Assembly (NCBI GenBank): GCA_038087875.1
Contig: JAXLNO010000293.1
Location: 186,001 to 247,375, forward strand
Length of the DNA: 61,375 bases
Reading direction: 5' to 3'
Source of the DNA: Malacoraja senta
Taxonomy: Eukaryota
This document shows positions 13,740 through 27,592 of this stretch, in pieces. Numbering within the stretch: the first letter of the stretch is position 1; every line of letters begins with the position of its first letter. Position numbers and translations under genes: made by a program. A model generated the notes under the pieces. That model was not told the DNA's origin, did no database searches, and saw nothing but the letters and a program-made list of their open reading frames with translations.

Positions 13740-14779
13740 TCCTCTTTCATTGGTGCTTTGTCTTTTACTGAACAGCTGTTCAACAAATGTCCCAGTTCAC
13801 CACAGTAAAAAACCCTCCCCTCCTTTAGGCGGCGCTGCCGCTCCTCCGGGCTGAGTTTGGTTCGTCCCACCTGCATGGGCTCCTCCGAAGAGACAGGTGG
13901 CGCTGTAGGCTGACTGGACCGGTCGAGAGGGAAGAAGTCCTGACCGGAAGGCGAAGGGCGATGCTGCCGCCACTGCTGGGAGGAGGACCGAACTGCAGCC
14001 GATCTCCTCTCTCGCTCTCTTTCTCTGAGCCTAGCGTCAATCTGGACAGCCAGGGACATCATAGACTCGAAGTCTGATCCTTGATAGCTTCAGACAATCC
14101 ATTGCGAAAACCATCCAACAAAGCAGCCTCATTCCAACCACTCTTAGCAGCAACAGTTCGAAAGTCAATACCAAAATCCATAACTGTGCGATTACCTTGT
14201 TTCATGGAGACCAGGTTCTGTGAAGCCTCTCGGCCAGGATTGGAATGATCAAACGTGCCGGACAGAGCTTCCATGAACAGGACCGACGCCTGGCAAACAG
14301 GAGAATTCCGAGACCATTCCGCCGTGGCCCAACCCTCTAGCTGCCCGACAGGTGCGTGGTGATAAAGGCTACACTTGAGCGTTCTGATGGAAAGGAAGCC
14401 GCTTGAAGTTCGAAATGCAGTCCACACTGAATCAAAAAAGGTCTACACTTCTCCGATTCCCCCGAGAAGTGTTCCGGTCTTGCCAGGCGGACGAATGGAG
14501 ACGCTGCGGCAGCCGTGGTCATCGGAGCTCCTGGAGACACAGACAAAGAAACAGACTCGGCCGGCACGGGAGCCGCGGCAGGGAAAAAAAATCCAGCCGA
14601 GCAACCCGGGAACTTAAAGTGTTCACCTGTGAGCCGATGTCCGCCTGGAACCCCTGCGGACGCTCGCCGAGATCCCGGAACCCGGCGAAGTTCGAGGTGA
14701 GTTGACCCTCGTAATGCGAGATGCGCTTCTCTTGCTTATGGAGCGCTGCACGAAAAAGATCAGAGCCGGCTGAGTCCAT
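13740..14779 (-). pseudogene. gag: gag remnant of chromovirus
   Basis: MDSAGSDLFRAAL start, PEHFSGESEKCRPFL, EEPMQVGR and degenerate zinc knuckle VFYCGELGHLLNSC; frameshifted. Confidence 0.85.
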
Positions 14780-14796
14780 TGTTGGCCAGTTCGTAA

Positions 14797-15254
14797 TATC
14801 CGAACGAGGAGGAGGACTCAAATGCAGGCTCAGACACAGGGCAGATCAGTTTTCAGAGTTTAATCGGTCCAAGTCGGTACACAGGTAAGCAAAAACGGAG
14901 GCACCAGTACAATCTAGGAGCAGGCAAAAACAGTGGTCGAAAACAGGCACTGGTCGAGATAACAAGGTCAAGAGATTTCTAGAGCTGGCACGAGGTGATA
15001 CAAAGTAACATACACAACGAACTGGCAACGAGAACTAAAACACAAAGGCCTTAAATACACAGCCTAATAGGGGATAACGAGACACAGGTGAAACACATCA
15101 GGGTGGGGCCAACAATCACACGAGGGGAAACGACATGACAGGAAATGGGACCTGAAACGAGAGGAGATGTGAGACACCAAAATAAAACAAGAATGCAACC
15201 AATAATAATAAAAACAATAAGAAACAAAAAATAGATCAAACGTGAGACCTGGCA
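14797..15254 (-). repeat. 5' LTR of chromovirus element
   Basis: Direct repeat of 9905-10367, followed on the minus strand by ...gaactggccaacaATG of gag. Confidence 0.9.
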
Positions 15255-15644
15255 ATACTCAAATAAAAATCCTGGCAGGAATTCTCTTTCCACCTTTATA
15301 TGGAACGTGATTATTTTGGTTTCTGAAGGGCAGCCAAACTGCAATTCCCAGCAACGGCACAGTAAGATTTAATTTTCAATATATACAGAATTATTTATTT
15401 TGCTTGCAACAATTGTCATTGCCGAATAGTACTCCGCACGCACGCAATACGATAAATTCGAAAGTAACAGCGCAGTAGGCGGATTATGGTTTACTGTCTA
15501 TTTTTGTTGTTCAATAACGAGGACAAATGTTTCAGAAAACACAAACACAGGAGATTGAGATTGAGATTGGAGATTGTCGGATCGAGATCCTTCATCCGGA
15601 CTGAGATTGCACGAGTGCAGATCAAGTGAAATCAGTCTAAGCAG

Positions 15645-15800
15645 AGAAACATAGACAATATATACAGGAGTAGGCCATTAAGCCCTTTGAGCCAACACCG
15701 CCATTCAATATGAATATGGCTGATCATCCAGAATCAGTACCCCGTTTCGGCTTTACCCCCCATATCCCTTGATACAGTTAGCCCTTAGAGCTATATCTAA
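15645..15800 (-). mobile_element. Short CR1 3'-end fragment
   Basis: agaaacatagacaat...ggccatt...ccgccattcaat...ggctgatcatc matches the CR1 3' ends at 6786 and 37910. Confidence 0.65.
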
Positions 15801-16149
15801 ATGGTGAGATGGGATATGAGATTGCGAAATTCCGATTTATCTTTTTTTTTAAATTTTTATTTTTTAATATTTTTAGAATTAAGAATTAGAATTAAGTACA
15901 ATTGTATACAATCATATTTTCATAATACATTTTATGTACAGCTTATTTTTTTATTATAGTAAAGAGGATAAAGAAAAATAAATTAGATAATAAAGTATAG
16001 AAAAACGTGAGATACATAGTGTGGAGAAGAAGAATAGAGAATGAAAGAAGAACGTTAAAGAGTAGAAAATAGGAAAAAGAGAGTAAAAGAAAAAAGGAAT
16101 AAAAAGAAAAAAGAAGTAAGGATATCGTATTTATAATCTTGAACATCCC

Positions 16150-19100
16150 TCGCCCAGTCCTGAGACTGTTAGCTTTTACAATTGTGTTGCACCATATGAT
16201 TCCAAAAAGACGACAAATGGAGACCAACTCGTTATGAATTGGTCAGATTTATCTATTAGGAGGGATCGCATTTCCTCAAGATGTGCGGTGTCCAACATAC
16301 TTGCAATCCACATTTTGAGCGTTGGTAATGGTGTATTTTTTCCAAAATGTAAGTATTAATTTTTTGGCTATTATTAAACCATAATTAAAAAATAATTTCT
16401 GAGATGGATTCAACTTATTTCCATCTTCCATTACCCCAAATATAATCAATTCATTATTAGGTTCCATTTTAATCTTAAATAATTTTGTAAATATTTCGAA
16501 AATATCACTCCAGAATCTATAACGTTTTATACAGGAAACAAAAGAGTGTGTTATAGTTGCGTTTTGGCTTAAACACTTATCGCAAATGGGGGATATATTT
16601 GGATAGAATTTATTTAATCTTGTTTTTGAATAATATAATCTATGTAAAATTTTAAATTGAATTAAATTATGTCTTGCATTAATCGAACATTTGTGAATGT
16701 ATATCAAATACTTTTCCCATGTAACCTTCGTAATTTTTATCATTAATTCCCGTTCACACTCTTCTCTAAATACCTCTGTCGCTGGTAGGTTTATATTTAA
16801 AATACTATTATATAAATATGATATTAATTTTTGTGCATCAGCTTTAATATTCATTGCTTCTTCCAATAAATCAGGAGTTCTTTTTTGATATCCTTGTATG
16901 TATTTCTTCAAGAAATCGCAAATCTGAAGATATTTAAAATAATGGTTGTTTTTCAATTTAAATTTTAATTGTAATTGTTGAAATGATAATAAATTTCCCA
17001 TTTCATACATATCCCCGATCCTTTTAATTCTTAAACTTTCCCATTGAAATAGGTATAATAGTTGTGGTAGAAAGATCATTTTTATAGCATTTATTCTATC
17101 TATTAATGATAAAGGGTTTTCCAAAATTTAATCAGTATATTAAGTATGTTTAATAAAGGTATACAATTAGCATTGAATAATGCTTTATGTTTTCTAGTAA
17201 TCTGAATACCCAGATATTTAAATTTTTCTGTTGCTATTTTAAAGGGGAACTTCAATAAGTGTGTAGGTTCTTCAGGTTTTAACGTCATGATTTCACTTTT
17301 ATTCCAATTTATTCTATATCCAGAAAAGGACCCAAATTCCACTATTAAGTTTAATAAATTTGGTATGCTCGTTTGTGATTTTGTAATATATAAAAGAATA
17401 TCGTCTGCATATAATGAAATTTTATTATTTGAGTCCCTAGTATTATAACCCTGAATATTCGGATGACTTCTTATACTTTCAGCCAAAGGCTCTATCATAA
17501 GGGCGAATAGCAGGGGTGATAACGCACATCCCTGCCTATTACCCCTTGATAATTGAAAATTTTGAGATAACATATTATTAGTTAATATTCTTGCCATCTG
17601 TTTATCATATAATAATTTCACCCATGTAACACAATTCTCTCCCATATTAATCGTTTGTAATAGTTTGTATTATTACTGCCATTCTACCTGATCAAATGCT
17701 TTCTCTGCGTCCAAAGAAATAATTGATATATCTTCTTCCTCCACTTTATATTAAACAAGCGTCTCAAATTATTAAATGAATATCTTTTGGGTATAAACCC
17801 TGTTTGATCAGGGTTTATCAATTTACTAATATATTTGCTTAGTCTTCTGGCTAAAGTCTTTGCCAGAATTTTCTGATCTGTATTTAAAAGTGATATAGCT
17901 CTACATGAGCCCGGATCCTCTAGATCTTTATCTTTTTTTGGAATAAGCGTAATAGTTGATTCTGCTAATGTTTCTGGTAGTTTATTTTCTTTAAAAGCGT
18001 GAGTATATAAATTAAATAAATAAGGAGTCGTTATCTCATGAATGTTTTTATAAAATTCATTACTAAAACCGTCTGGTCCCGGTCTCTTACCATTTTTCAA
18101 CGATTTTATTGTTTCACCTATTTCTTCGATTGTGATTTGCGCTCCAAGTTCCTCTTGTTCCAAAAGGTCAAGTTTTGGAAGATTACAATTATCTAAAAAA
18201 AAAAAATGTTACTATCTTCTATTTTAGTTTTTGATGTATATAAATTTTGATAAAATTGAGCAAATCTTTTATTAATATCTTTAGGTGGTATTAGTAATTC
18301 ACCATTCTCTGATTTAATTTTATTTATAGTATTTTCTTTTTCTTGTTTTTTCAGTTGGCGCACTAACAGCATATGTGGTTTGTCACCAAACTCAAAATGT
18401 TCCTGTTTTGTAATTTGGAATAATCTTATTACTCTTGCCGATAGAATTCGATTAAGTTTAAATTTCAGTAATATTATCTTATTATGTTTATCTATAGTGG
18501 AGTCTTTAGCGTTATCTAACTCTAACTGTCTAATTTATTGTTCTAGCAACATTTGTTCTGTCTTATTCTTTTTATTTTGAAAGATTTCGTACGAAATTAT
18601 AATTCCTCTAATAAATGCCTTAAAAGTTTCCCATAATAAAGAAGGCGAGGTACCTGGCATACCACTTGTATCAAAAAAGTTTCATTTGTTGTTTTAAATA
18701 TTGATAACCTTGTATGTCATTTAAAATATGTGTATTAAACCTCCAAAAAAATGTTTTACCCGGCATTCCCTCGACTTTTACTGAAAATGTCAATGGGGAG
18801 TGATCAGAAATACTACTAATGTGGTATGTTGGATTAATTATATATGGCATTAATTTCATATCCACTAAAAAATAATAAATTCTTGAATACGTTTTATGTA
18901 CCGAAGAGTAAAACGAGTATTCTCTTCCAGCTGGAACAGCAGATCTCCATACATCTACTATATTAGTTTTTTTTATATATGTATTTAAAAGTTCACTAGT
19001 CTTAGATTTTAAATTACTCCTCTTTTGTTTTACTGATTTGTCTAGATACGGATCTAAAACACAATTGAAGTCCCCTCCTATTATCACATTCTGATAATTA

Positions 19101-19515
19101 AACTCTGATATTATATCTATAATTTTGTCAAAAAATGTGGGGTTGTCAAAGTTCGGAGCGTAATATTTATCATAGTTAGCGGGGTTGCATAAATTTCTCC
19201 CGAAACTATAATATACCTTCCCTCTTTATCTGATATAGTATTCTTTAATTTAAAAGGTATACCTTTTCGGATAAGAATAGCCGTGCCTCTAGATAAAGAA
19301 GTAAATGACGAATAATATGTTTGACCTATCCACTTCGCCTTTAATCTCATTTGTGTTTGTTGTTTCATGTGAGTTTCCTGTAAAAACATTATGTCGCTAT
19401 TCATAGATTTTAGTTGAGCAAAAATTTTACCGCTCTTAATTGGTTCATTGGCACACCTTATATTCCACCTACAGAATGTAATTCCTCCATTCTTTCTTTG
19501 TCTATCGTCTTGCAT
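16150..19515 (-). pseudogene. L1 ORF2 (endonuclease, RT, zf-RVT), frameshifted with an internal deletion
   Basis: WNIRCANEPIK, FLQETHM, IIGGDFNCVLD, PGPDGFSNEFYK, SLYADDILLY, CDKCLSQNATITHSFVSC; abrupt LYLFQ|WESL junction near 17043. Confidence 0.9.
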
Positions 19516-20573
19516 TATATATCAAAATGATATTCCTGAATCATATGGTGCAACCAAATACCTCCGAGTTCTGGGCGTTGGGTGCTCATGCCAATTTTTT
19601 AGATTTATATAGCATATCCTTCTTGTGCAGTGCCTTTGAAAAATAAAAGAAAGATGTGATATAAACTTGATTACAAAAAAAGTGTGCGAATAAAAGTCTT
19701 TATAGTGAAAAAAAGTGCTGTTAAGATATCTAAGAAAAGATATCCTAAAGACGAATGGTCACCTAAGGTGGCGAAAAATGTATAGACTTCCGTTGATGTT
19801 GTTATACATTGAGCTCCAACTCCTTAATAGATCCTCATAAAAAAACTACAGACCGTTACATATTTTATCTTTGTTTATATAAATTTACCAAACTAGCCCC
19901 AATAAAAACCGAAAAATAATTAACAAAAAAGAAAAAATCAAAGGGAGATATAAAAAATGAAAAAAACAAAAACACATATAAAACACAACCTAAGTTCAAT
20001 TTTATAAATATATATGCCCTTCCAATTTATCTAACCTTAATCTAGTCTAAGCTTTACCATATATATGCACCCAGGATTCTTACACATACAAACAGGTACC
20101 AAGGGGTTAAACAAAACCTCACTACAGAATCTCTTCCAGTTATCTGCTGCAACCGACTCCTACCCACCCAAAAAGAATAAAATAAGTTATGTTAATTGTG
20201 TTATAGACGTTTTAGTGACTTAAATCAATTATCTCCTTCCCCGTCTCATGATTTATACATGATTTATTCATATTTACTACATCCATTCACAAATAATTAG
20301 TAGTGTTACATTTGTTAAAGTCGTTAATTATTTATAATTGGAGTATAATAATTAAAAATCTTCTTAAATCAGCAGATTATATATTCCATGTCGTTCCATG
20401 TCCATTATACATTCCCTCGTTAATTCTGTGTCTTCAACGTCTTTTGTTTATCTTTAAGCTTTTCATTCAAGGTGAAATATAGACAGTACTCTCCCAAACA
20501 CATTACAGACAGATAAGCTTGCTAACTGTCTGGAAAATTCCGCCATCTTAACCAGTCCTAAAAGTTAAACCGA

Positions 20574-21670
20574 TCAATCTTCATCTCTGTCAAGAACTTC
20601 AGCCGCTTCAGCAGAAGTGTTCTTTACGATATCCTCTGCATATTTAAAAGATTTTTCGGGGTCTGTGAACGAGCGTGCAGTACCATTATGAGTAATCTTC
20701 ATTTTAGCTGGATAAACAATCCCATATCTCACATCGCGTATCCCTTTCAGAATATTTCTTGTCTGTGTAAACAAGTTCCTTCTCTAACGACCTCCGGGGG
20801 GCAATCCCGGAAAAAACGAATATTATCCCCACGATATGTCAGATTCTCCCCATGAATAATCTTTTTTCAATATAAATTCCACTGAAGAGATATCGAGGAA
20901 TTTCACAATTATCTGTCTTGGAGGAGCATTTGCCTCTCTTGAAACACGTCCAACTCTGTGAGCGACATCTATTCTTGGTGCTCCCGGCAGTTCAAAAACG
21001 TCTTTGAGTAAGTCAGTAACAAAAGTACATGTTTGAGATCTATGTCCCTCTCGTCCTTCTCTCACTCCAACAATTCTCAAATTCTGCCTTCTCGATCTTG
21101 CTTCCAAATCCAGACATTTGTCCGTCATTTTTACAAGTTTTACTTCCTCAATTTTTTATGATTTATTCAAACTCTTTATTTCAGTGGTCATTATATTTAT
21201 TTCATTCTCCATCTCTTCCATTAACTCATCCAGCTTTTCCATATTATCCTTAACATCCGTAAATTTCTTATTATAGTCATTTTCGAGTCTAGCACATTCT
21301 GACTTTATTTTTTTATCAGCCTCCTTATGTTGTTTCTTCAGCTCGTTTAACTCACCGTAAGCTGTATACATTTTTTTAGGAATTCTCGCCATATTAGTCT
21401 CGATACTGCTTATTACTCTCCATATTAGACTCCATATTGGATCTTTTCCAGTGTAGCATTGTTTGTAGCAGACATTTCTAAAAGCATTTGCTTTACCTCC
21501 TTCTCCTTCTTGTCTCCTTTTGCAGCCATTTCAAGCAGTGATTCTTGGCTGTCGAATTCTTCTGAGCCTTCTGAGCCTTCTTCTGTCGTTTGCAGAGTAT
21601 CCAAGACTTTCGCGAGTTGGAGACTTATGTTGTTCTTCTTGGGTGCTCGTGAGACTTTCTCTCTTCTCAT
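20574..21670 (-). pseudogene. L1 ORF1 (coiled coil, RRM, CTD), disrupted
   Basis: Coiled-coil segment, DLEARSRRQNLRIVG, RIDVAHRVG, PRQIIVKF, YGIVYPAKMKIT. Confidence 0.88.
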
Positions 21671-23499
21671 TTAAAACTCCAGATTTTTAACGTTACACTC
21701 CCGTTTTTCGCGTCGCCTTCTGATGACGTCACCCTTACGCGACACCAAGCAACTACGGTGAGTTTTTTTTTAAATCGGTACTGATCTGGAAAACAGCTTT
21801 TTAACGGTTTTTAACAATGTAGTTGTTCCTACAGAGAATGTTGTTCTTTTTGCAGTCATAATTTTATATCTAACTGATTACTGATATCCGACCAATTTCG
21901 GCTCAACTAGCATCTGGGGATGGAATTGAATTTCGGGTAGAGACTCTTCTTCAGTTCGTTTGAAGAATGATCCCGACCCGAAATGTCAATATGTCTGCGT
22001 CCTTTAGTGTTTTTCTAATTATCCATTAGTTGCCCGGTCAAATTACTTTTACTTTTTAATTACTTTTTAAGAAGATTATCTCCGTCGTACGTGTTCTACC
22101 CGCGTAAGAGGCGTTTTCTGAATTACAATCCGTATTTTAATAAACCAAACAAACTGTATCGCCGACTCTGTGCGAATATCGTTGCACTTCACATTTCGGG
22201 AGTGATGTAAATAATTATATCCAAATTCCAAATATATCCATAATGTCTTTTAATAGGCAGGCTAACAGGAAGGTCAAGGATTTGAATCTAGAACGGCAGA
22301 TATTTTTTAAGCGGGATCCTGTGCGGATCCTTCAGTCGGACATAATCTATTTTCTGATTAAATTTAGCAAACACCCCAGTCACCTACTGAAGTCTATTAA
22401 TATCTCAGGGAAACCTTAATGCCGCTATGAGCATTGCATAAAGTAAGGAATTATGAGTGGTTTCTTTTTAATGTAATATTTTGTCGTTATTCTCATGGAT
22501 AACTGACACATTTTGCAATAAACTTAAAACGAGAAGCAATAAATTATGTTTTCGTTATTTTCCCACAAAGCATTCTTGGCGAACACATTCACTAATTTCT
22601 TGTGAACTGTTATTCCCTTGTTTAGTTGAACAACTATTGCTCTTCATTCGTTATTGCTAATTGAGATACGGAGGTTTAAACATACACCTGAAATATATAA
22701 TGATTCAGATATGTTGAAATTGTGCTCCGTTGGTACATAAATGAGATGCTTGGAATATTGTACCAGTGTTATTGTAATTGTGAATATGTGCAATGTATTC
22801 GTATTGAAATCCTAAATTCTGCATCTCATGAGATGCACAATGGTGAGTTCGGCTCAAGAAACTATTAGGACCAGGGCAAACCTATACGCCTCCCTATGCA
22901 GAGCTACACAATCTAAACAATAACAACGTATTAGTTGGAAATCTGAAATAGTGACAGAAAATAGTGGAATAGAAGTAGCTAATATTTCGTGTCCGATACC
23001 GTTGGCCCAGTTCCCCAGAACTGCGGAAAAAGAGAAGGGACATTTGTCTCCGTAGTAGAGTTGAAACGTGATGGCAATGAGTGTAATAAAATAACCTTCT
23101 CTGTTAATGTGAAGTAGTGCAACCATCAGGATCAGTTATGGCAGAGATCAAACTGGATTCACAGAAGCAACAATTATGCGTTGCCTTTACGCATAATCTG
23201 CTAATTTTACCGAAATAACTTGGAAATCTGCCTATGATGAGAAGCAACTGGGCATCGCGTTCTTCGTAGTATTGCCATCACCGATGGTCGGTGCGCTCAG
23301 GATGGGTCGACTGACGTGCTTCTCTGTTGTATGTGCCCATAGTCCCCATGGCACATAATAATTCCAATCTCTCAATTACCTTTACGGGAAATCCTGTTCC
23401 CGACATCAATTGCCTCCCGAACACAGTTAAAATTCAACGATCTTCCTCTGCCAATATCTATTGAAGTCGTGAAAATAGAAAACCCTCTAAATATACATG

Positions 23500-23771
23500 T
23501 CCCGAAACCATCTTGATGCTCAGGTAACGTGACTTAGCAAAAAAAAAGGGATATTTCGATCCATCTTCCTCACACAGCAACATTTCAGAAGCGCATAATA
23601 AACAAACAACACTCGGATGATGGCAACGAGAAAAATTAAACCTTGCATCAAACAGATCCCCATCAATCCCAGCCATCCCTTTCGACATCCCCGCAGACAC
23701 AACGCACTCCTCCTATTATCATCTTGTTTCATGCATCTTGGCTGCCTCTTGACGAATTCGGTCAGCCAGGG
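23500..23771 (-). pseudogene. env: Retroviral env remnant, C-terminal ectodomain and transmembrane anchor
   Basis: TLADRIRQEAAKMHE followed by GWLGLMGICLMQGLIFLVAIIRVLFVYYALLKCCC; joins in frame with 30059-30898 when the insertions are removed. Confidence 0.65.
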
Positions 23772-24395
23772 TCGCCGGAGAGGAGCGCTCTGATCGCTGG
23801 CCCGCGGCAGCCTGAAGCCGCGGTCTGCATAGTTCCAGCTGGCGCGGCGTCCTGGGCCTGGGATCCCTCGTTGCGGACCCGGGAGGAGAGGAGCTCCGAC
23901 CGCCGGCCCGCGCCCAACTTCTACCGCGGGCGCGGCGTGGACTTACCATCAGGAGCGGGGTCCCTCGCCGGGGACCCCTGGAACGGAGCTCCGACCGCCG
24001 ACCCTGCGGTCTGCGGTGCTTCCGGCTGCGGTGCGGCGGGGACTTTTGATCTTCGACTGCCGGCCTGCGGCCTACACCAACCTGAAGCCGCGGTCTCCGG
24101 TAGGGAAGCAGCGATTTAGGACTTACCTGGACATTACATTGTCTACACATCTGGACGCACGCAGCGGCGACTGCAGAGGATTGAGGTCCCCACCACGGGG
24201 GAAATGGAGGGGGACTGGACAATTTTGTGCCTTCCACCACAGTGATGAATGCTGTGGTGGATGTTTATGTTAAATTTTATTGTGTTTTTGTGTGTTCTTT
24301 TTTCATCGTACCGCTGTTGGCAAATTCGTTTCACTTGCACTTTATTCGTCACATTATGTGCAAGAGACGAATAAAACGGATTGTATTGTATTGTA
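23772..24395 (+). mobile_element. Unclassified non-LTR/SINE-like repeat with GC-rich head and (TTGTA)n tail
   Basis: AATAAA followed by ttgtattgtattgta tail; ggggaaatggagg...tgtgccttccaccacagtg...gaatgctgtggtggatgttt recurs at 27593-27700. Confidence 0.6.
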
Positions 24396-24769
24396 TTGTT
24401 ACATCTATATTACTAAAACTAAGATCTTGACCGCTTTCGCCACTCTGTTTCGTGATTTCCGAGAGAACGCCGCCACCTACGGCCGTCATTTTTGGCCACC
24501 TCGCTCAGAGTCCCGCACCGCCGGATTGGACTGGAGGATTTTTCCCATCGATGAAAAATCAGAGATTTATTAATGTTTTTAAAAATATCGCCATTCTTTC
24601 TGCGGCCCCCGCTGGCAGCAGGGGGGAGGGACTATAAAACCCGGCAGTGTCGTGCCACACTCAGTCTCTGCGAGACGGAGGAAGCGAGAGGGTCACTGTT
24701 CTCTGAGCTGCGAATAATTGAACGCACGTCTACTCCACAGTGAGTCCCCTCGATGTGGTTGTAAAGTGT

Positions 24770-25830
24770 ATGCCAAATTGTCTTGACTTTTAAAGACTTT
24801 TCAGAAAATGTGTTTGTTGTTTGCAAAGTGTTTGCCAAATTGGCTTGGCTTTTAAAGACTCTTCAGAAAATGTGTTTGTTGTTAGCAAAGTGTTTGCCAA
24901 ATTGGCTTGGCTTTTAAAGACTCTTCAGAAAATGTTTTGGTTGTTTGCAAAGTGTTTGCCAAATTGGCTTGGCTTTTAAAGACTCTTCAGAAAATGTGTT
25001 GGTTGTTTGCAAAGTGTTTGCCGAATTGGCTAGGCTTTTAAAGACTTCAGAAAATGTGTTGGTTGTTTGCTAAGTGTTTGCCAAATTGGCTTGGCTTTTA
25101 AAGACTCCTCAGAAAATGTGTTGGTTGTTTGCAAAGTGTTTTCCAAATTGGCTTGGCTTTCAATGACTCTTCAGAAAATGTGTTGGTTGTTTGCAAAGTG
25201 TTTGCCAAGGCTTGGCTTTTAAAGATTCTTCAGAAAATGTGTTGGTGGTTTGCAAAGTGTTTGCCAAATTGGCTTGGCTTTTAAAGACTCTTCAGAAAAT
25301 GTGTTGGTTGTATGCAAAGTGTTTGCCAAATTGGCTTGGCTTTTAAAGACTCTTCAGAAAATGTGTTGCTTGTTTGCAAAGTGTTTGCCAAATTGGCTTG
25401 GCTTTTAAAGACTCCTCAGAATATGTGTTGGTTGTTGGCAAAGTGTTTGCCAAATTGGCTTGGCTTTTAACGACTCTTCAGAAAATGTATTGGTTGTTTG
25501 TAAAGTGTTTGCCAAGGCTTGGCTTTTAAAGATTCTTCAGAAAATGTGTTGGTGGTTTGCAAAGTGTTTGCCAAATTGGCTTGGCTTTTAAAGACTCTTC
25601 AGAAAATGTGTTGGTTGTTTGCAAAGTGTTTGCCAAATTGGCTTGGCTTTTAAAGACTCTTCAGAAAGTGTGTTGTTTGTTTGCAAAGTGTTTGCCAAAT
25701 TGACTTGGCTTTTAAAGACTCTTCAGAAAATGTGTTGGTTGTTTGCAAAGTGTGCCAAATTGGCTTGGGTTTTAAAGACTCCTCAGAAAATATGTGGGTT
25801 GTTTGCAAAGTGTTTGCCAAATTGGCTTGG
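24770..25830. repeat. 62-bp tandem array (~17 copies)
   Basis: Unit aaattggcttggcttttaaagactcttcagaaaatgtgttggttgtttgcaaagtgtttgcc. Confidence 0.95.
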
Positions 25831-27592
25831 GGCCTTGGGGCCTACTCCTCGCCTCCTAGTGATGATTCCTTTTCCCGTCTCCGTCTCCTCCTCCTCGTGG
25901 ACCCCCGCTCATGGCCTTCCGGCTTTAGACCTTTTTATCCAAAACTGTCGACGGGACATCAACCGCCTCAACTTCTCCACTCCCCTGTCTCACTCCAATC
26001 TCTCCCCCCCTGAACGTACAGCCATCTACTCACTCCACAACAACCCAGACTGGGTTATCCAACCCGCCGACTAGGGAGGTGCCGTGGTGGTCTGGCGCAT
26101 CGATCTCTACAAAGCTGAGGCCACGCGCGAACTCTCGGACACCTCCTCCTACTTACCCCTGGACCATGACCCCACAGACGACCCCAGGCCACTATCTCTA
26201 GCATCATAACCGACTTCATCAGCTACCGCTCCCTGCACCCCCCCCCCGAGCCTCCAACCTAATCGTTCCCCAGCCCCGCACGGCCCGATATTACCTTCTC
26301 CCCAAAATCCACAAACCCGACTGTCCTGGTAGACCCATTGTCTCTGCCGTTTCGTGCCCTACCGAACGTATTTCCACATACCTTGACTCCATCCTACCCC
26401 CCCTGGTTAAATCCCTCACTGCCTATGTTCAAGACACCTCAGACACTCTCCGTCGTCTCCGGGCATTCCATTCTCTAGGCCCCCATCCCCTCATCTTCGC
26501 CATGGACGTCCAGTCACTCTACACCTCCATCCCCCACCAGGATGGTCTCAAAGCCCTCCGGTTCTTCCTCGATCGGAGAATCAACCTATACCCGTCCACT
26601 GATACTCTCCTCCGCCTAGCGGAGTTGGTCCTTACCCTCAATAACTTCTCGTTTGACTCCTCCCATTTCCTCCAAATACAAGGCATAGCTATGGGCACGC
26701 GCATGGGCCCCAGCTTTGACTGTCTCTTTGTCGGGTACGTCGAACAATCATTTTTCGAAGCGTACCAGGCCCCATCCCCGACCTCTACCTCCGCTACATC
26801 GACCATTGCTTTGGTGCTACCTCCTGCACCCACACACAACTGACTGACTTCATCCGCTTCACCACTAACTTCCATCCGGCACTCAAATACACCTGGACCA
26901 TTTCCGACACTTCCCTACCATTTCTTAACCACTCTAGCTCCATCACAGGTGATAGACTTCTGACCGAAATTCACTATAAACCCACTGACTCCCATGGCTA
27001 TCTAGACTACTCTTCTTCCCTTCCTGCTTCCTGTAAGGACTCCATCCCCTACTCCCAATTCCTCCGTCTACACCGCATCTGCTCCCAGGATGAGGTGTTC
27101 CACACCAGGGCATCGGAAATGTCCTCATTCTTCAGGGAACGAGGGTTCTCCACCCTACTATAGATGAGGCTCTCACCAGGGTCTCTTCCATACCCCGCAA
27201 CACTGCTCTCGCTCCCCATCCCCCCACTCGTAACAAGGGCAGAGTCCCCCTAGTCTTCACCTTTCACCCCACGGGCCGTCACACACAACAAATAGTCCTC
27301 CGTCATTTTCGCCACCTCCAACGTGACCCCGCCACTTGCCACATCTTCCCTTCTCCCCCTGTCTGCTTTCCAGAAAGACTGCTCCCTCCGTAACTCCCTG
27401 GTCAATTCTTCCCTTCCCTCCCGAAACACCCCCTTCCCGGGCACTTTCCCTTGCAACCGCAAGAGATGCTACACTTGTCGCTTTACCTCCCACCTCGACT
27501 CCATTCAAGGACCCAAGCAGTCGTTCCAGGTGCGACAGAGGTTCACCTGCATCTCCTCCAACCTCATCCATTGCAACCGCTGCTCTAGATGT

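Larger units (their letters stand above)
9905..15254 (-). mobile_element. Ty3/Gypsy chromovirus (sushi-like) LTR retrotransposon, full length but frameshifted
   Basis: Near-identical LTRs at 9905-10367 and 14797-15254; 5-bp TSD ATACT (9900-9904, 15255-15259); polypurine tract at ~10371-10387; gag, protease, RT (YLDD), RNase H, integrase and chromodomain in order. Confidence 0.95.
15842..21760 (-). mobile_element. Near full-length L1 LINE, inactivated
   Basis: Poly(A) remnant as T-runs at ~15842-15875; ORF1 with DLEARSRRQNLRIVGVREG; ORF2 with APE endonuclease and RT (GNRQGCALSPLLF, LYADD) and C-terminal zinc knuckle. The 5' boundary is approximate. Confidence 0.92.

Noticed and set aside
15825..21790. 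Target-site duplication for the L1
   Set aside because: No convincing direct repeat at both ends; ccgattta/taaatcgg is inverted and short, so the 5' boundary stays approximate.
21990..23460. AT-rich unique stretch with a 90-aa ORF (22854-23126)
   Set aside because: No recognisable domain, splice pattern or repeat structure; it could be decayed LTR or intergenic DNA, but this cannot be supported.
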